Origin: Syntrophaceae bacterium | GTDB lineage: Bacteria; Desulfobacterota; Syntrophia; Syntrophales; Smithellaceae | Direction: 5' to 3' | NCBI GenBank assembly: GCA_003139775.1 | Contig: PLGI01000116.1 | Coordinates: 1-59,938, forward strand | Length of the DNA: 59,938 nt | Notes under the pieces: generated by a model | Told to the model about the DNA's origin: nothing | Seen by the model: the letters and a program-made list of their open reading frames with translations, nothing else | Database searches by the model: none | Translations under genes and position numbers: made by a program | Shown here: in pieces, positions 49,196 through 59,075 of the stretch | Numbering within the stretch: the first letter of the stretch is position 1 | Layout: each line of letters starts with the position of its first letter

Positions 49196-50482
49196 ATGAA
49201 TAAATTAAATCCTTCCGCATATCTTGATAGTTTGAATGTTGATACGATGCGTTTTGGGCTTACGGCAATTACTGATCTGTTGTCGCGGCTGGGAAATCCG
49301 CAAAATTCATATAAAATAATATTGATTGCCGGTACCAATGGCAAAGGATCAACTGCGGCGATGACCTCTTCGATCTTGTGCAGCGCCGGTTATAAGGTTG
49401 GTCTATACACCTCCCCGCATTTGGTTGATGTCCGGGAAAGGATTGTCATCAACGGGAAGAAAATATCCCTGAAGGAATTTAACCGGACTATTGCGTATGT
49501 GAAAGATAAAAAGGAACAACTGGTGACTTATTTTGAATTTTTAACCGCTGTGGCCTATGTATATTTTCAACGCCAGAAAGTAGATATTGCTGTGCTGGAG
49601 GTCGGTTTAGGCGGCAGGCTTGATGCAACAAATGTTTGTAAGCCGATGGTTTCGATAATCACCAATATTGCTTTCGACCATATCGATTATCTAGGCAATA
49701 CTCTGGATTCAATTGCCCGCGAAAAGGCAGGAATCATCAAGCAAAAAGGCGTCTGTATTACAGCGGCAAAACAAAAAAAAGTTTTGGAAGTGTTAAAAAA
49801 TGTATGCCTGCGCCGCCGCGCGAAACTTTATTGCCTGAATAGCGATATAAAGATCAAAAAGCAAAAGGATGGTTTTTTAAACTATCAAGGCTTGTATCGT
49901 AATCTGAAAAATTTAAAGATTCCTCTGCAAGGCGATCATCAGTTATCCAATGCCGCTCTGGCTTTGGCGGCAATCGAACTTTGCACAAAGAAGGGTTTTA
50001 ATATTGCTGATACAGCGATTTATGCGGGACTCAAAAATACACATTGGGAAGCCAGACTGGAAGTTTTGCAAAATCAGCCTCTTTTTCTTCTCGATGGAGC
50101 TCATAATCCCGCGGGCATCAGCGTTTTATGCCGGTCTTTAAAAAAAGATTTTTCTTATCGCCGTTTAATTCTTATCTTTGGAGCTCTTGCTGATAAGGAC
50201 TATAGTCAAATGTTACAAAAAATAGTTCCTCTCGCCTCAATAATAATATTAACACAACTAAAAACCAAGCGGGCTGTGCCGGTGAACGATATTATGGAAA
50301 CAGTGAAAAAAATGGGCTATCCGGCAATTGTCACTGAAAATGTAAAGCAAGCAATTGAGCGGGCACAGGCCTTAGCAAAAAAGCAGGACTTGATCTGTGC
50401 CACCGGTTCTTTTTATCTTGCCGGTGAAGTAAAACAGGCATTTCCTAAACTTGTCTTATGTGATAATACAAAATCACAATAA
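49196..50482 (+). CDS. folC: Bifunctional folylpolyglutamate synthase/dihydrofolate synthase
   Basis: 428 aa, Mur-ligase-type, with AGTNGKGST, YTSPHL and GLGGRLDATN. Confidence 0.9.
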   Translation: MNKLNPSAYLDSLNVDTMRFGLTAITDLLSRLGNPQNSYKIILIAGTNGKGSTAAMTSSILCSAGYKVGLYTSPHLVDVRERIVINGKKISLKEFNRTIAYVKDKKEQLVTYFEFLTAVAYVYFQRQKVDIAVLEVGLGGRLDATNVCKPMVSIITNIAFDHIDYLGNTLDSIAREKAGIIKQKGVCITAAKQKKVLEVLKNVCLRRRAKLYCLNSDIKIKKQKDGFLNYQGLYRNLKNLKIPLQGDHQLSNAALALAAIELCTKKGFNIADTAIYAGLKNTHWEARLEVLQNQPLFLLDGAHNPAGISVLCRSLKKDFSYRRLILIFGALADKDYSQMLQKIVPLASIIILTQLKTKRAVPVNDIMETVKKMGYPAIVTENVKQAIERAQALAKKQDLICATGSFYLAGEVKQAFPKLVLCDNTKSQ

Positions 50483-50533
50483 AAAGTATACCAAACTGAT
50501 GAATGCCGCTCCGGGAGTTGCAGCAAAGGTAGA

Positions 50534-52975
50534 ATGATGAACGCGATTGGGCATAAGAAACTCAACATATTAAATCTCGATTTAACTATTGCCTTTTTGA
50601 TTACGATAATAATTTTTATTTCCTGCCCCGGAGCTTCCGCTTCTGAAACTAAAAATAATGACAATCCTGTGAATATTAAAGCGGACAGCATGAACGGCGA
50701 TGATCTTTCCGATGTATCCCGTGTTCAAGGAAAAATAACCCTAATTTATAAAGGTCCTGCTCCCGATGCCGAGGATACAGGGGGAGATAATAAAAACAAT
50801 ATTGCCGCCGCTCCCGGAGCTTCGGCTGTTGAAACTAAAAATAATGGCAATCCCGCGAACATTGAAGCGGACAGTATGGACTACGACAATGTTCGCGACG
50901 TATACCATGCTCAAGGTAAAGTGAATATAATTTATAGCGGCGCCACTCTCTATGCCGATGACATGGAACTGGATAATAAAAACAATATTGCCACCGCTCA
51001 GGGCAGTGCCTCTCTGAAGATGGGAGAGGATACTTTGCAGGGCGATAAAATTGTTTTCAATATTGAAGACAAGACCGGAGCTGTTTATAAAGCCCATGCT
51101 TTTTATGCGAGGAACCATTTCTATATAACAGGCGATAAAATTGAGAAAACCGGAGAAAATACATATTTCATCGAAAACCCGGTTGCCACAACATGTGATG
51201 GCGATAATCCTGATTGGAAAATCACCGGCAGTGAAATGAAGGTAACAATTGAAGGTTATGGCCTGATGAAAAACGCCTGGTTACTGGCGAGAGGTTTGCC
51301 GGTGTTCTATTCTCCATTTCTTCCTTTTCCCGCAAAAACTCAACGTCAATCGGGATTTCTTGTTCCCTATCTTTCCTCCTCCGGGAATGATGGTATCGAT
51401 GTTGAGGTCCCTTATTTTTGGGCGATTTCTCCGCAGATGGACGCAACGTTTTATCAGCGTTACATCGAAAAAAGAGGATTTAAAGAAGGCGCGGAATTCA
51501 GATACTATTTAGGAAATAATTCATCCGGTACTTTTTACGGCGATTACATGGAGGATACTAAACACGTTACCGAAACGACCGATGCCGCAACCAGCCGCGA
51601 CTGGCAGGAAATGCATCAGCGTTGGTCTTATTATTTAAATCACCAAACAGACTTTGATCCACAATTTTATGTAAGGACTGATTTGCGCCAGGTTTCCGAC
51701 AAATGGTACTTTAAAGATTTTTCAGCGCACAACTACTACCTTGATCATTATAGCCAAACAGCGGATGACCCGTTTAAGAAGGTTCCTTTTCAGGGCGATC
51801 AAACTATGCGTTATCTGGACTCAACTATCCGCGTGGTTAAAAGCTGGTCTAATTACAATTTGACGGGATTGATCAGTTCCACTGACGATTTTGCGGCCGT
51901 TAATAATGATCAAACTTTGCAAAAATATCCGGAGATCGTTTTTACGGGCATCAAACAGCCATTTTTGAAGACACCCTTATATTATGAATTTGCGGGCACT
52001 TATGATTATTTCTACCGCGGCGAAGGCCAGAAGGGCCAATATGGTGATTTTTCACCAACTGTTTCTTTGCCGTTTAATATATTCGACTATATTAAAGTAA
52101 TTCCACAGTTTGCTTTGAAAGAGACATTCTGGAGCCGGGATGACAATTTAGCGGGAGCGGAAAGCAAAAGCGGTGACAGAACTATTCTCAACGCTTCATT
52201 GGACTTGAGCAGTCAGCTTTCCCGTGTCTTTGATGTAAATGTGCAAAATTGGGAAAAAATCCAACACGTAATAAAATCCGAAATAACCTATTCTTACGTT
52301 CCAAACGTGTCGCGAGATAATTTGCCTGATTACTATTTGCCTGCCTTTTCGCCATTCGTAATGCCCATCACATCTGTAGGCACTATAATGCCCATCACAT
52401 CTTCATCTTTGGATGAACAAAACGCCATTGCCTGGTCGCTTACGAACACTTTTATTGCTAAAATAAGAGATGAAAAAGGAGCCTATAGCTACTTGGAATT
52501 TCTCCGGCTTAAACTGTTTCAAACTTATGACCTAAATGAAGCGAATAAAAGTATGGAGGGGGTTATTGGTGAAAGACGGCCTTTTTCTGATCTCGGAATG
52601 GAGTTTGATTTTACTCCTTATAAATATTTTTCTTTTACGGCGCGCAATCTTTACAGTGTTTATGATGGCTGGACACAAACGAATTATGATTTGAATCTAA
52701 AAGATTGGCGCGGAGATACGCTGGTGCTAGGTTATCTTTATACTTTAGGATCTATTGAAGAAATCAACGTTAACTTAAAAGCGGTAATTACCCCAAATAT
52801 TGACGGCACATTTATTACGGCAATCGATCGATATAATTCCCAAACAGTAGGGACTACAGTGGGGCTTATTTATCACAAACAATGTTGGAGCATGGGATTA
52901 GAGTATACCCAGACCGCTACCGACAGTAGAGTTGTATTTAAAATATCACTGGCCGGTTTGGGTAAGTTGCTTTAA
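50534..52975 (+). CDS. lptD: LPS-assembly protein LptD (OstA family)
   Basis: 813 aa with a signal peptide, an OstA_N-like N-terminus (ADSMDYDN...AQGKVNIIY...DNKNN) and a large C-terminal beta-barrel region (FLVPY.S.S...G..V..PYFWAISP..D). Confidence 0.85.
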   Translation: MMNAIGHKKLNILNLDLTIAFLITIIIFISCPGASASETKNNDNPVNIKADSMNGDDLSDVSRVQGKITLIYKGPAPDAEDTGGDNKNNIAAAPGASAVETKNNGNPANIEADSMDYDNVRDVYHAQGKVNIIYSGATLYADDMELDNKNNIATAQGSASLKMGEDTLQGDKIVFNIEDKTGAVYKAHAFYARNHFYITGDKIEKTGENTYFIENPVATTCDGDNPDWKITGSEMKVTIEGYGLMKNAWLLARGLPVFYSPFLPFPAKTQRQSGFLVPYLSSSGNDGIDVEVPYFWAISPQMDATFYQRYIEKRGFKEGAEFRYYLGNNSSGTFYGDYMEDTKHVTETTDAATSRDWQEMHQRWSYYLNHQTDFDPQFYVRTDLRQVSDKWYFKDFSAHNYYLDHYSQTADDPFKKVPFQGDQTMRYLDSTIRVVKSWSNYNLTGLISSTDDFAAVNNDQTLQKYPEIVFTGIKQPFLKTPLYYEFAGTYDYFYRGEGQKGQYGDFSPTVSLPFNIFDYIKVIPQFALKETFWSRDDNLAGAESKSGDRTILNASLDLSSQLSRVFDVNVQNWEKIQHVIKSEITYSYVPNVSRDNLPDYYLPAFSPFVMPITSVGTIMPITSSSLDEQNAIAWSLTNTFIAKIRDEKGAYSYLEFLRLKLFQTYDLNEANKSMEGVIGERRPFSDLGMEFDFTPYKYFSFTARNLYSVYDGWTQTNYDLNLKDWRGDTLVLGYLYTLGSIEEINVNLKAVITPNIDGTFITAIDRYNSQTVGTTVGLIYHKQCWSMGLEYTQTATDSRVVFKISLAGLGKLL
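50627..50998 (+). repeat. In-frame 186-bp tandem duplication inside lptD
   Basis: 50627-50812 and 50813-50998 align head-to-tail (cccggagcttc.gct..tgaaactaaaaataatg.caatcc.g.gaa.attaa/gaagcggacag.atg...gataataaaaacaatattgcc.ccgct). They encode PGASA.ETKNN.NP.NI.ADSM...QGK...IY...DNKNNIA.A twice. Confidence 0.9.
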
Positions 52976-52995
52976 ATATACGGGAGGATAAAAAG

Positions 52996-53223
52996 ATGAA
53001 TTTCAAAATCACACTGGTTGTTATTCTTGTTTGTCTCGCTCTTATCTTTGTGGCTCAAAATATACAAGTCGTCACTGTGAGCTTTTTATTCTGGGAAATT
53101 TCCATGTCACGCGCGGTGTTGTTATTCTTTTCCCTGCTAACAGGTTTTATTATCGGATGGTTCCTGCACAGCTATCTTTCATATCGTAAAGATAAAAAAG
53201 AATTTTCCGATTTTAAGGCCTAA
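52996..53223 (+). CDS. LapA-domain (DUF1049) small inner-membrane protein
   Basis: 75 aa with two TM helices (VVILVCLALIFVAQN...V.F.FWE...LLFFSLLTGFIIGW), the typical LapA-like architecture. It lies downstream of lptD. Confidence 0.6.
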   Translation: MNFKITLVVILVCLALIFVAQNIQVVTVSFLFWEISMSRAVLLFFSLLTGFIIGWFLHSYLSYRKDKKEFSDFKA

Positions 53224-53534
53224 AGAACATCACAAAAGGGAGAGGATTTTCGGCGACGGTCTGGATCGGACGAGCCAAAAAATAAATGTACGTGTTTTCT
53301 CTATAATTGTAAGTGAGCATTTAGGAATTTTCATGGACATGCTTTCTTTCGGATGGTATTCCTTACTGACTGGAAAAACTCAATTCAAACCAGATGACAA
53401 ACATCGACACCACACCCCACATTTTGTGGTCAAGATTTTTAACATAAAAGTCGGCTTTTCCACACTCCCTTTTCCAGAATGCAAGTTCTTATCATAAACG
53501 CGCCCCGCTTTGCATCGGACAAGGAATCCCCTGT

Positions 53535-54308
53535 CTAATCATCCATCAAATTGCGCGGACCATAAAGTATGGCCTCCATGACAGGCATATACTGGAAGAA
53601 AAGTGGTTTCGGACTAAGGTTGATCTCCTTAAGCGTTTTGGCGATGTCGTGGTTGCCCAGTGAAAGCGTTGCCGCCTTCCCGTTCATGGATTTGCCGAAT
53701 TCGATGGGATTCATATAAACGTTTGCCGCCAGTGGAACCCCATCCTTCACAGAGAAGGTCTTGAACCGGTTTACCTTTTCCACGGAAGTCTTGAGAGTTT
53801 GTCCCTTCAGGGTGAGGATGTTTTTCCCACCCTCAGATAGCGTACAGCCGAGTATGCCGTTTTCTTTTGCGAATGTGATGTCGGCAAGGAATTTGGGATA
53901 CCCGTACATTTCCACGCCACCCTTGCGCGCTCGTTCGGTCGTGACGGGAAGCTGCCAGACGTATGCCGTGAAGTATCTCCTTGCCATCATCCCTAAGACG
54001 GTAATGCCCGGAATAGACTTTTTCCGGAATGTGATGGGAAAGGAAATTGAAAATTCGTTGTAGGGATCGATATCCGTTTTGCGGTATTCGAAAGCGGTAA
54101 AGGCAACCAGAGCCCTACCGCCCATAATCTCCACAGGGTGCATATCGGGAAGGGGTAAAAGCCTTCTCACCTTGTCGGTGGAGGCGGTGTAGATTGTCGT
54201 CATAGACGTGTTGTCATAATAGAAAACCGGAAGCTTGCCTTCGAGAGACAAGTCCTTCGTCATCATATCCCACTGGATAACCCCTTTGAAAAAATCACCT
54301 CTATTCAT
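53535..54308 (-). CDS. Acetoacetate decarboxylase (ADC)-family protein
   Basis: 257 aa. The pattern ...PVFYYDNTSMTTIYTAS.DKVRRLLP...VAFTAFEYR.TDIDPYNEFSISFPI... resembles the ADC/beta-cone family. Confidence 0.6.
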   Translation of the reverse strand: MNRGDFFKGVIQWDMMTKDLSLEGKLPVFYYDNTSMTTIYTASTDKVRRLLPLPDMHPVEIMGGRALVAFTAFEYRKTDIDPYNEFSISFPITFRKKSIPGITVLGMMARRYFTAYVWQLPVTTERARKGGVEMYGYPKFLADITFAKENGILGCTLSEGGKNILTLKGQTLKTSVEKVNRFKTFSVKDGVPLAANVYMNPIEFGKSMNGKAATLSLGNHDIAKTLKEINLSPKPLFFQYMPVMEAILYGPRNLMDD

Positions 54309-54352
54309 AGAACCTCCTTTGTCCAGAATGTTTGCCGAATTTTATGGTATCC

Positions 54353-55189
54353 TTATTTGTTGGCATATTTTTGGGCAGTCCTCCTGCTGAACACGTTGCT
54401 CAAGGTTACGGCGGTCACCGGGAAAAATCGGGTGAGCAGATCCAGTGCCTTGGCATCCACCCCCACCAGAATGCGCCTTTTGTTGCGCCTGATGCCGGAG
54501 ATGATGATTTTTGCCGCATCGTCTGCCGTGGTCCGGAAGACCACCTCTTCGTAAATGTTTTCGCCTTTTTCCCTGGTCAGATCGAACATGGCCCGGTTCA
54601 CACGGGCGTTGCGGGCAATGTTGGTCTTGATGCCGCCGGGATGAACACAGCTGACATAGATGCTCGTTCCGTGCATCTCCTGGGCAAGGGTCTCCGTGTA
54701 TCCCTTGACTGCAAACTTTGCCGCACAATAGGGACCGTTGTTGGGATTCGGCATGATGCCGTTGATACTGGATATGTTGACGATATGCCCTTCCGGGCGC
54801 TTCTTCAAATGGGGCAGGAAGGCCATGGTGCCATACACAACACCCCAGAAGTTGATGCCCATGAGCCATTCAAAGTCTTCCAAGGGAATCGTCTCCAGAA
54901 AATCACCCACGGCTACGCCGGCATTGTTGATGATAAGATCCACGCCGCCGTGACGTCCGGCCGCCTCATCGGCATATTGGAAGACCTGCTCTCGCCGGGA
55001 CACGTCCACAATATGGGTCGTCACTTTCACCCGGTCGCCGACGAGTTTTGCGGTCTCCTGCAATTCCGAGGCATTGATGTCCGCAAGCGCCAGGTTGCAT
55101 CCCTCATTCGCCAGATTGATGGCAAGCATCCTGCCGATGCCTGAAGCCGCCCCAGTGACGGCCGCTGTCTTGTTTATCAGAATCTTCAT
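54353..55189 (-). CDS. Short-chain dehydrogenase/reductase (SDR)
   Basis: 278 aa with TGAASGIGR cofactor motif, NNAG, and YCAAKFAVKG (YxxxK). Confidence 0.88.
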   Translation of the reverse strand: MKILINKTAAVTGAASGIGRMLAINLANEGCNLALADINASELQETAKLVGDRVKVTTHIVDVSRREQVFQYADEAAGRHGGVDLIINNAGVAVGDFLETIPLEDFEWLMGINFWGVVYGTMAFLPHLKKRPEGHIVNISSINGIMPNPNNGPYCAAKFAVKGYTETLAQEMHGTSIYVSCVHPGGIKTNIARNARVNRAMFDLTREKGENIYEEVVFRTTADDAAKIIISGIRRNKRRILVGVDAKALDLLTRFFPVTAVTLSNVFSRRTAQKYANK

Positions 55190-55215
55190 GCTTTCTTATT
55201 CCTTAATCGTATTGT

Positions 55216-56355
55216 TCACACATTGTTTGGGTTTGTGTTCGTCGCTTGCCGGATGATGTCAAGTTTCTTGAAAGGCACTGTGCCGAGCAGCGCCTGCACC
55301 ATTCGTGCGTCTCGGTAACGTTTCTCCTGAGCATAGTCCTTCATGTAGCCGTATCCGCCGAGAATTTGAATGCCGTCGCTTGTGGCATCGCAGGACAACT
55401 CTGCGATATGCAGAGCCGCCGCGGATACACGGGGTTCATAACCGCTCTTTTTTTGTTCCAGTTCCAGACATGACTGATGAACGCACATCGCGGCGACATC
55501 GGCCTTGACGGATATGGAAGCGAGCATCATGCCGATTTCGCTCCAGTTGACAATCGGCCTGCCGCCCTGCTCGCGCTTTTGGGAATAGGCTAGGGCTTCG
55601 TTAAAAGCACCGCGGAGAATTCCGGCATTCATAGCGGCCGCGGCAGCGTTCATTTCCGGTGATATCTCTTCAAAATAGTGACGCCCCGTATTTTCTTCGC
55701 CGATAAGACGAGCCCGGACGCCGGAAAACGTTACGTCCACTGCAGGACAGGCGTGCAGTCCCAGCGTGAAGACCGGCTCGCTTTTTTCCACGTTTTGATC
55801 GTCGAGATTGACCAGGAAAAAACTGTAGGATGGCCCAATGCCTGAGCGCGCCGGAATAATAGCCTGCCGCGCGAGGTTGCCCAAAACAAGAAGTTCAAGC
55901 CGCCCTGTGAGGTTGTAATCGCTTCCAGCACTTTGTGCCAGGGGGAGCGAGTCGGTCTGCGCGGGATTGGTGTAGGCGGGAAAGGCAACAAGCAAATCCT
56001 TTGCCGATGAGGCTCCGGGAAAAATGCTCTGCGCAAGATCCTGCGCTCCGGCCGCAAGCATAATTTTCTGGGAAAACGCCTGCGTGAAAATGATGCCGCC
56101 CGGGGATGCGTCGGCCTCGCAGATATGTAGGAGAATTTCACAAAGCGCCGCAATGCCGCCTCCGATGCCCCCTAGTGATTCCGGTAGTATGGCACCCAGA
56201 AATCCTACTTCGTGTGCCTTGTCCAGCACATGGTCGTAAAATTCGCCGAAAGGATAGCGGTCGTGTTTCCCGGTCTTTCCGACAAGTTCCCTGGCGGCAA
56301 AAGATTGCGCCAGATCAGTAATGGGTTTCAGGTCGTTACTGTATGAGGTGAGCAT
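55216..56355 (-). CDS. Acyl-CoA dehydrogenase-family protein lacking the canonical YEG catalytic Glu
   Basis: 379 aa from the ATG at 56355, with AAGGAGG upstream, 10 nt after the upstream gene's stop. It has the ACAD fold pattern. The C-terminal RDARMVQALLGTVPF aligns with the RDAKI.QIYEGT motif, with LL in place of YE. Confidence 0.75.
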   Translation of the reverse strand: MLTSYSNDLKPITDLAQSFAARELVGKTGKHDRYPFGEFYDHVLDKAHEVGFLGAILPESLGGIGGGIAALCEILLHICEADASPGGIIFTQAFSQKIMLAAGAQDLAQSIFPGASSAKDLLVAFPAYTNPAQTDSLPLAQSAGSDYNLTGRLELLVLGNLARQAIIPARSGIGPSYSFFLVNLDDQNVEKSEPVFTLGLHACPAVDVTFSGVRARLIGEENTGRHYFEEISPEMNAAAAAMNAGILRGAFNEALAYSQKREQGGRPIVNWSEIGMMLASISVKADVAAMCVHQSCLELEQKKSGYEPRVSAAALHIAELSCDATSDGIQILGGYGYMKDYAQEKRYRDARMVQALLGTVPFKKLDIIRQATNTNPNNV

Positions 56356-56365
56356 ATGGTCCTCC

Positions 56366-57871
56366 TTACTCTTCAAAGACTTGTGCCTGTGGCACCTGAG
56401 GTGCGATGAGGCATTTGAAAGCATTGAGTCTGTTGAGCTGATTTGTTCCCTCGTAAATCTGCAAAAGTTTGATGTCGCGCAGCATCTTTTCAACACCGGC
56501 ATCCTGTCTTAGTCCTTTTTGACCCATGATCTCTATGGCCATCTGACAATTTTTGACGCCAAGATCAGTCCCGGTGATTTTTGCCACCGACGCCCAGCCC
56601 GAGCAACAGCGTTGGTCTTCAGGTTTCGGCATATCAAATAAAAGTTTGCCCATGACTCTGGCCGTGATCTCCCAATTGAGCATCGGTGAGATAACTTTGT
56701 CAAACCAGAACCGCGGCATGGCCTTGAGATAATAATAGACCGGTTTGCTTTGCAGGAGCCGATACAAACCGCGATGACTATTGGCGTTGTTGGCTTCGGT
56801 ATAAGCAAGCCTTCCCAGAATAACGTTTTTATGCATCTCGGCGAGCATACACTGCGCCCACTCTTGATTAATCAGCAGGCGGCCGTTGACGCTGGTTGTG
56901 GACGCGTAATGCAGGGCCGTTTCAAACGCCCCGCGCGCGACGCCAATGCCGAAGGCGCAGACGCCCGGGCGCGTGGCGGACACCACATAGTCGCAGTAGC
57001 GCTGGGAAATATCTCTGGCAGGCTTATTTGTAAATTTTTTTACGAGAGCCGAACTGAAGAGAACCTGGTCATCCGGGATGAAGCAGTCTTCAAAGATAAG
57101 CACACTGGCCGGGCAGACCCTCTGTCCCATCTTATTTTCATGGCTGCCGAAGGAAAACCCTTTCGTGCCGGTCTTCACGATAAAGCCGATGGTCGTTTCG
57201 GATGGATGCTTTGTGTCTTCATACGCGTAAAGAACCGTCCATGAGGAGACATGCCCCATGGAAATGAACACCTTCGTGCCATTGACGATGAAGCCACCTT
57301 TGACGCGTTTAGCCTGACAAGTGACCTTGCCCTTATCCACAAGGTCGACCTCCTCTACATCGGTCCCGGCGCCCGGTTCCGTCGTGGCTAACGCCAGCAC
57401 ACAGGGCTTGCCCGACTTTTCGCCCTCAACAACCTCCCGAAGAATCTTTTTGGCCAGGCGGATGTTGCCCGAAGCAGTCAGACCGGCCACAGCCAGGTAA
57501 TGAACGCCGATGACATTCATAATGCCGACGCAGACAGAAGCGACTTCTTCGGAAAAGCAGGACATGGATGGCATGTTATAACCATGGCCGCCGAATATTT
57601 TCGGTATCCACATGGTGTAGAGGCCCCACCGGTTGGCTTCCTCCACCAGTTCCCAAGGCAGGTAATCCGGATCTTTGTGGGTGAGACGGTCGAGCTTAAG
57701 GGCAAGGGGGTTCGCCACTTCCTCGTTGAACTTGCGGGCGATGGCTATAACCTCCCTGGTTTCCTTCACCATATGTTTCGGCATGTGGGGAGCATAGGAC
57801 AGGCCCAGCCATGTATCTTCAAATTTAGGAAAATGTGACAGAATGGACACGACTTCTGAGTTGGTCAGCAT
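56366..57871 (-). CDS. Acyl-CoA dehydrogenase-family protein (long form, canonical IYEGTNQ)
   Basis: 501 aa with TEPGAGTD, the middle beta-domain, and C-terminal RDIKLLQIYEGTNQLNRL. Confidence 0.85.
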   Translation of the reverse strand: MLTNSEVVSILSHFPKFEDTWLGLSYAPHMPKHMVKETREVIAIARKFNEEVANPLALKLDRLTHKDPDYLPWELVEEANRWGLYTMWIPKIFGGHGYNMPSMSCFSEEVASVCVGIMNVIGVHYLAVAGLTASGNIRLAKKILREVVEGEKSGKPCVLALATTEPGAGTDVEEVDLVDKGKVTCQAKRVKGGFIVNGTKVFISMGHVSSWTVLYAYEDTKHPSETTIGFIVKTGTKGFSFGSHENKMGQRVCPASVLIFEDCFIPDDQVLFSSALVKKFTNKPARDISQRYCDYVVSATRPGVCAFGIGVARGAFETALHYASTTSVNGRLLINQEWAQCMLAEMHKNVILGRLAYTEANNANSHRGLYRLLQSKPVYYYLKAMPRFWFDKVISPMLNWEITARVMGKLLFDMPKPEDQRCCSGWASVAKITGTDLGVKNCQMAIEIMGQKGLRQDAGVEKMLRDIKLLQIYEGTNQLNRLNAFKCLIAPQVPQAQVFEE

Positions 57872-57887
57872 ATAATCCTCCTATTTA

Positions 57888-58050
57888 TTGTTGAAACTCC
57901 AATTCCGAAAGCGTAGCGTATAACCTAAAGGTCACAAGTCGGAATTGCTAAGTTGAACAATCCCGCGCAGCAGAGGGTTTAGTACCCCACAGCTTGCTGT
58001 TGAACCTGTTTCCAAAGCTTGCTTTGGGGTTCTACCCGTGATTCCCCGTC
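57888..58050. repeat. Mosaic hairpin repeat patch inside the GC-rich cluster
   Basis: ttgaaactCCAATTCCGaaagcgtagcg...CGGAATTGCtaagttgaac...accccacagcttgctg...ccaaagcttgctttgg...acccgtgatt. It is collinear with 38011-38235. Confidence 0.85.
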
Positions 58051-58113
58051 GAGTCTGAGCCAGCGCGCAGGATGATGAACCATGGCGCTGATATCGGGAT
58101 AATGTGTATCGCT

Positions 58114-59001
58114 CTACAGGCATTTTTTTAAAAACCGGATCTGATCGCCTACGGTCTGTTGGAAATGCGGGGGAACGTACAAATCGAAGTGTCCACACTG
58201 ATAGACGATCAGTTCGCCTTTCGGCGCCTTCGTTGCCGCCTTGATAGCCGGATTCAAGGGGGTGGTAAGGTCATTGGCTGCAACCTGCACCAGCCAGGGG
58301 ACTCCCAGCCGTTTCGCCAGCCGTCCCGGAGAATAGAGAGCCACTGAAAGGAAAATACGTGCGGCAACCCGTTCTTCCGGTTCGAATCCCGGGGGGTAAA
58401 GTTTCTTCACTCCCTCCACCACATCGGGGGCCGTCATTGCAGCAAGATCACCGGGAAAACCGACAGCAGGTACATAGTAAGGGCTTCGGCGCAGAATCAT
58501 GTTCGCCATGTCACGCCAGGCGGCTATACCCAGCCGAATGTTCTGCACCATGCCGGTCGCCGCCGCCGTCGCAAAACCGTTCATGTGCGGAACTTGTGAT
58601 ATGACTGCGGCGATATCGGGGTCCTGATCCGTTGCTGCTATCTCAAGGACATGGCCTCCGCTGAATGACGTTCCCCAAAGAGCGATCCGGTGTGAATCCA
58701 CCCCGGGTAGCCCTTTGGCAAACCGTATCGCGGCGCGCCAGTCCTGGTGTTGTTTTTTGATGTCGAGGATTAGTCTGGGTTCGCCTTCGCTATCGCCAAA
58801 ATGCCGGTAGTCGAAAACCAGGGCATGGTATCCGGCCCCGGCGAAGGCTTCTGCATACGCGCCGAGGCGCATTTCCTTGACCCCGCAGAAACCGTGGGCA
58901 AGAATAACACACGGGGCCTTATCCATACCGGAGGCTTTGAAAAACCAACCAGCACATTTCAACCCTTCCGAAATGAATTGAATATCCTGCCTGTCCTCCA
59001 T
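58114..59001 (-). CDS. Alpha/beta-fold hydrolase
   Basis: It has HGFCG (oxyanion region), the nucleophile elbow GTSFSGG and a C-terminal GHFD. The ATG at 59001 (MEDRQD...) has GGAAGGGA upstream, whereas the track start at 59037 has no SD. Confidence 0.8.
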   Translation of the reverse strand: MEDRQDIQFISEGLKCAGWFFKASGMDKAPCVILAHGFCGVKEMRLGAYAEAFAGAGYHALVFDYRHFGDSEGEPRLILDIKKQHQDWRAAIRFAKGLPGVDSHRIALWGTSFSGGHVLEIAATDQDPDIAAVISQVPHMNGFATAAATGMVQNIRLGIAAWRDMANMILRRSPYYVPAVGFPGDLAAMTAPDVVEGVKKLYPPGFEPEERVAARIFLSVALYSPGRLAKRLGVPWLVQVAANDLTTPLNPAIKAATKAPKGELIVYQCGHFDLYVPPHFQQTVGDQIRFLKKCL

Positions 59002-59075
59002 GTGAGATCCCTTCCGCGGCGCCGCACAATCTGACATTAAATATTGTCAGTTTCATACCAGATCTTCTTGACTTT

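Noticed and set aside
54332-55144. 270-aa plus-strand ORF, along with 54342-54869 and other long ORFs, overlapping the SDR gene
   Set aside because: It lies antisense to, or in an alternative frame of, a clear SDR gene (TGAASGIGR, YxxxK). Its composition is low-complexity and rich in Gly/His/Arg/Ala/Pro, as is typical of spurious open frames in GC-rich DNA. It has no SD or motifs.
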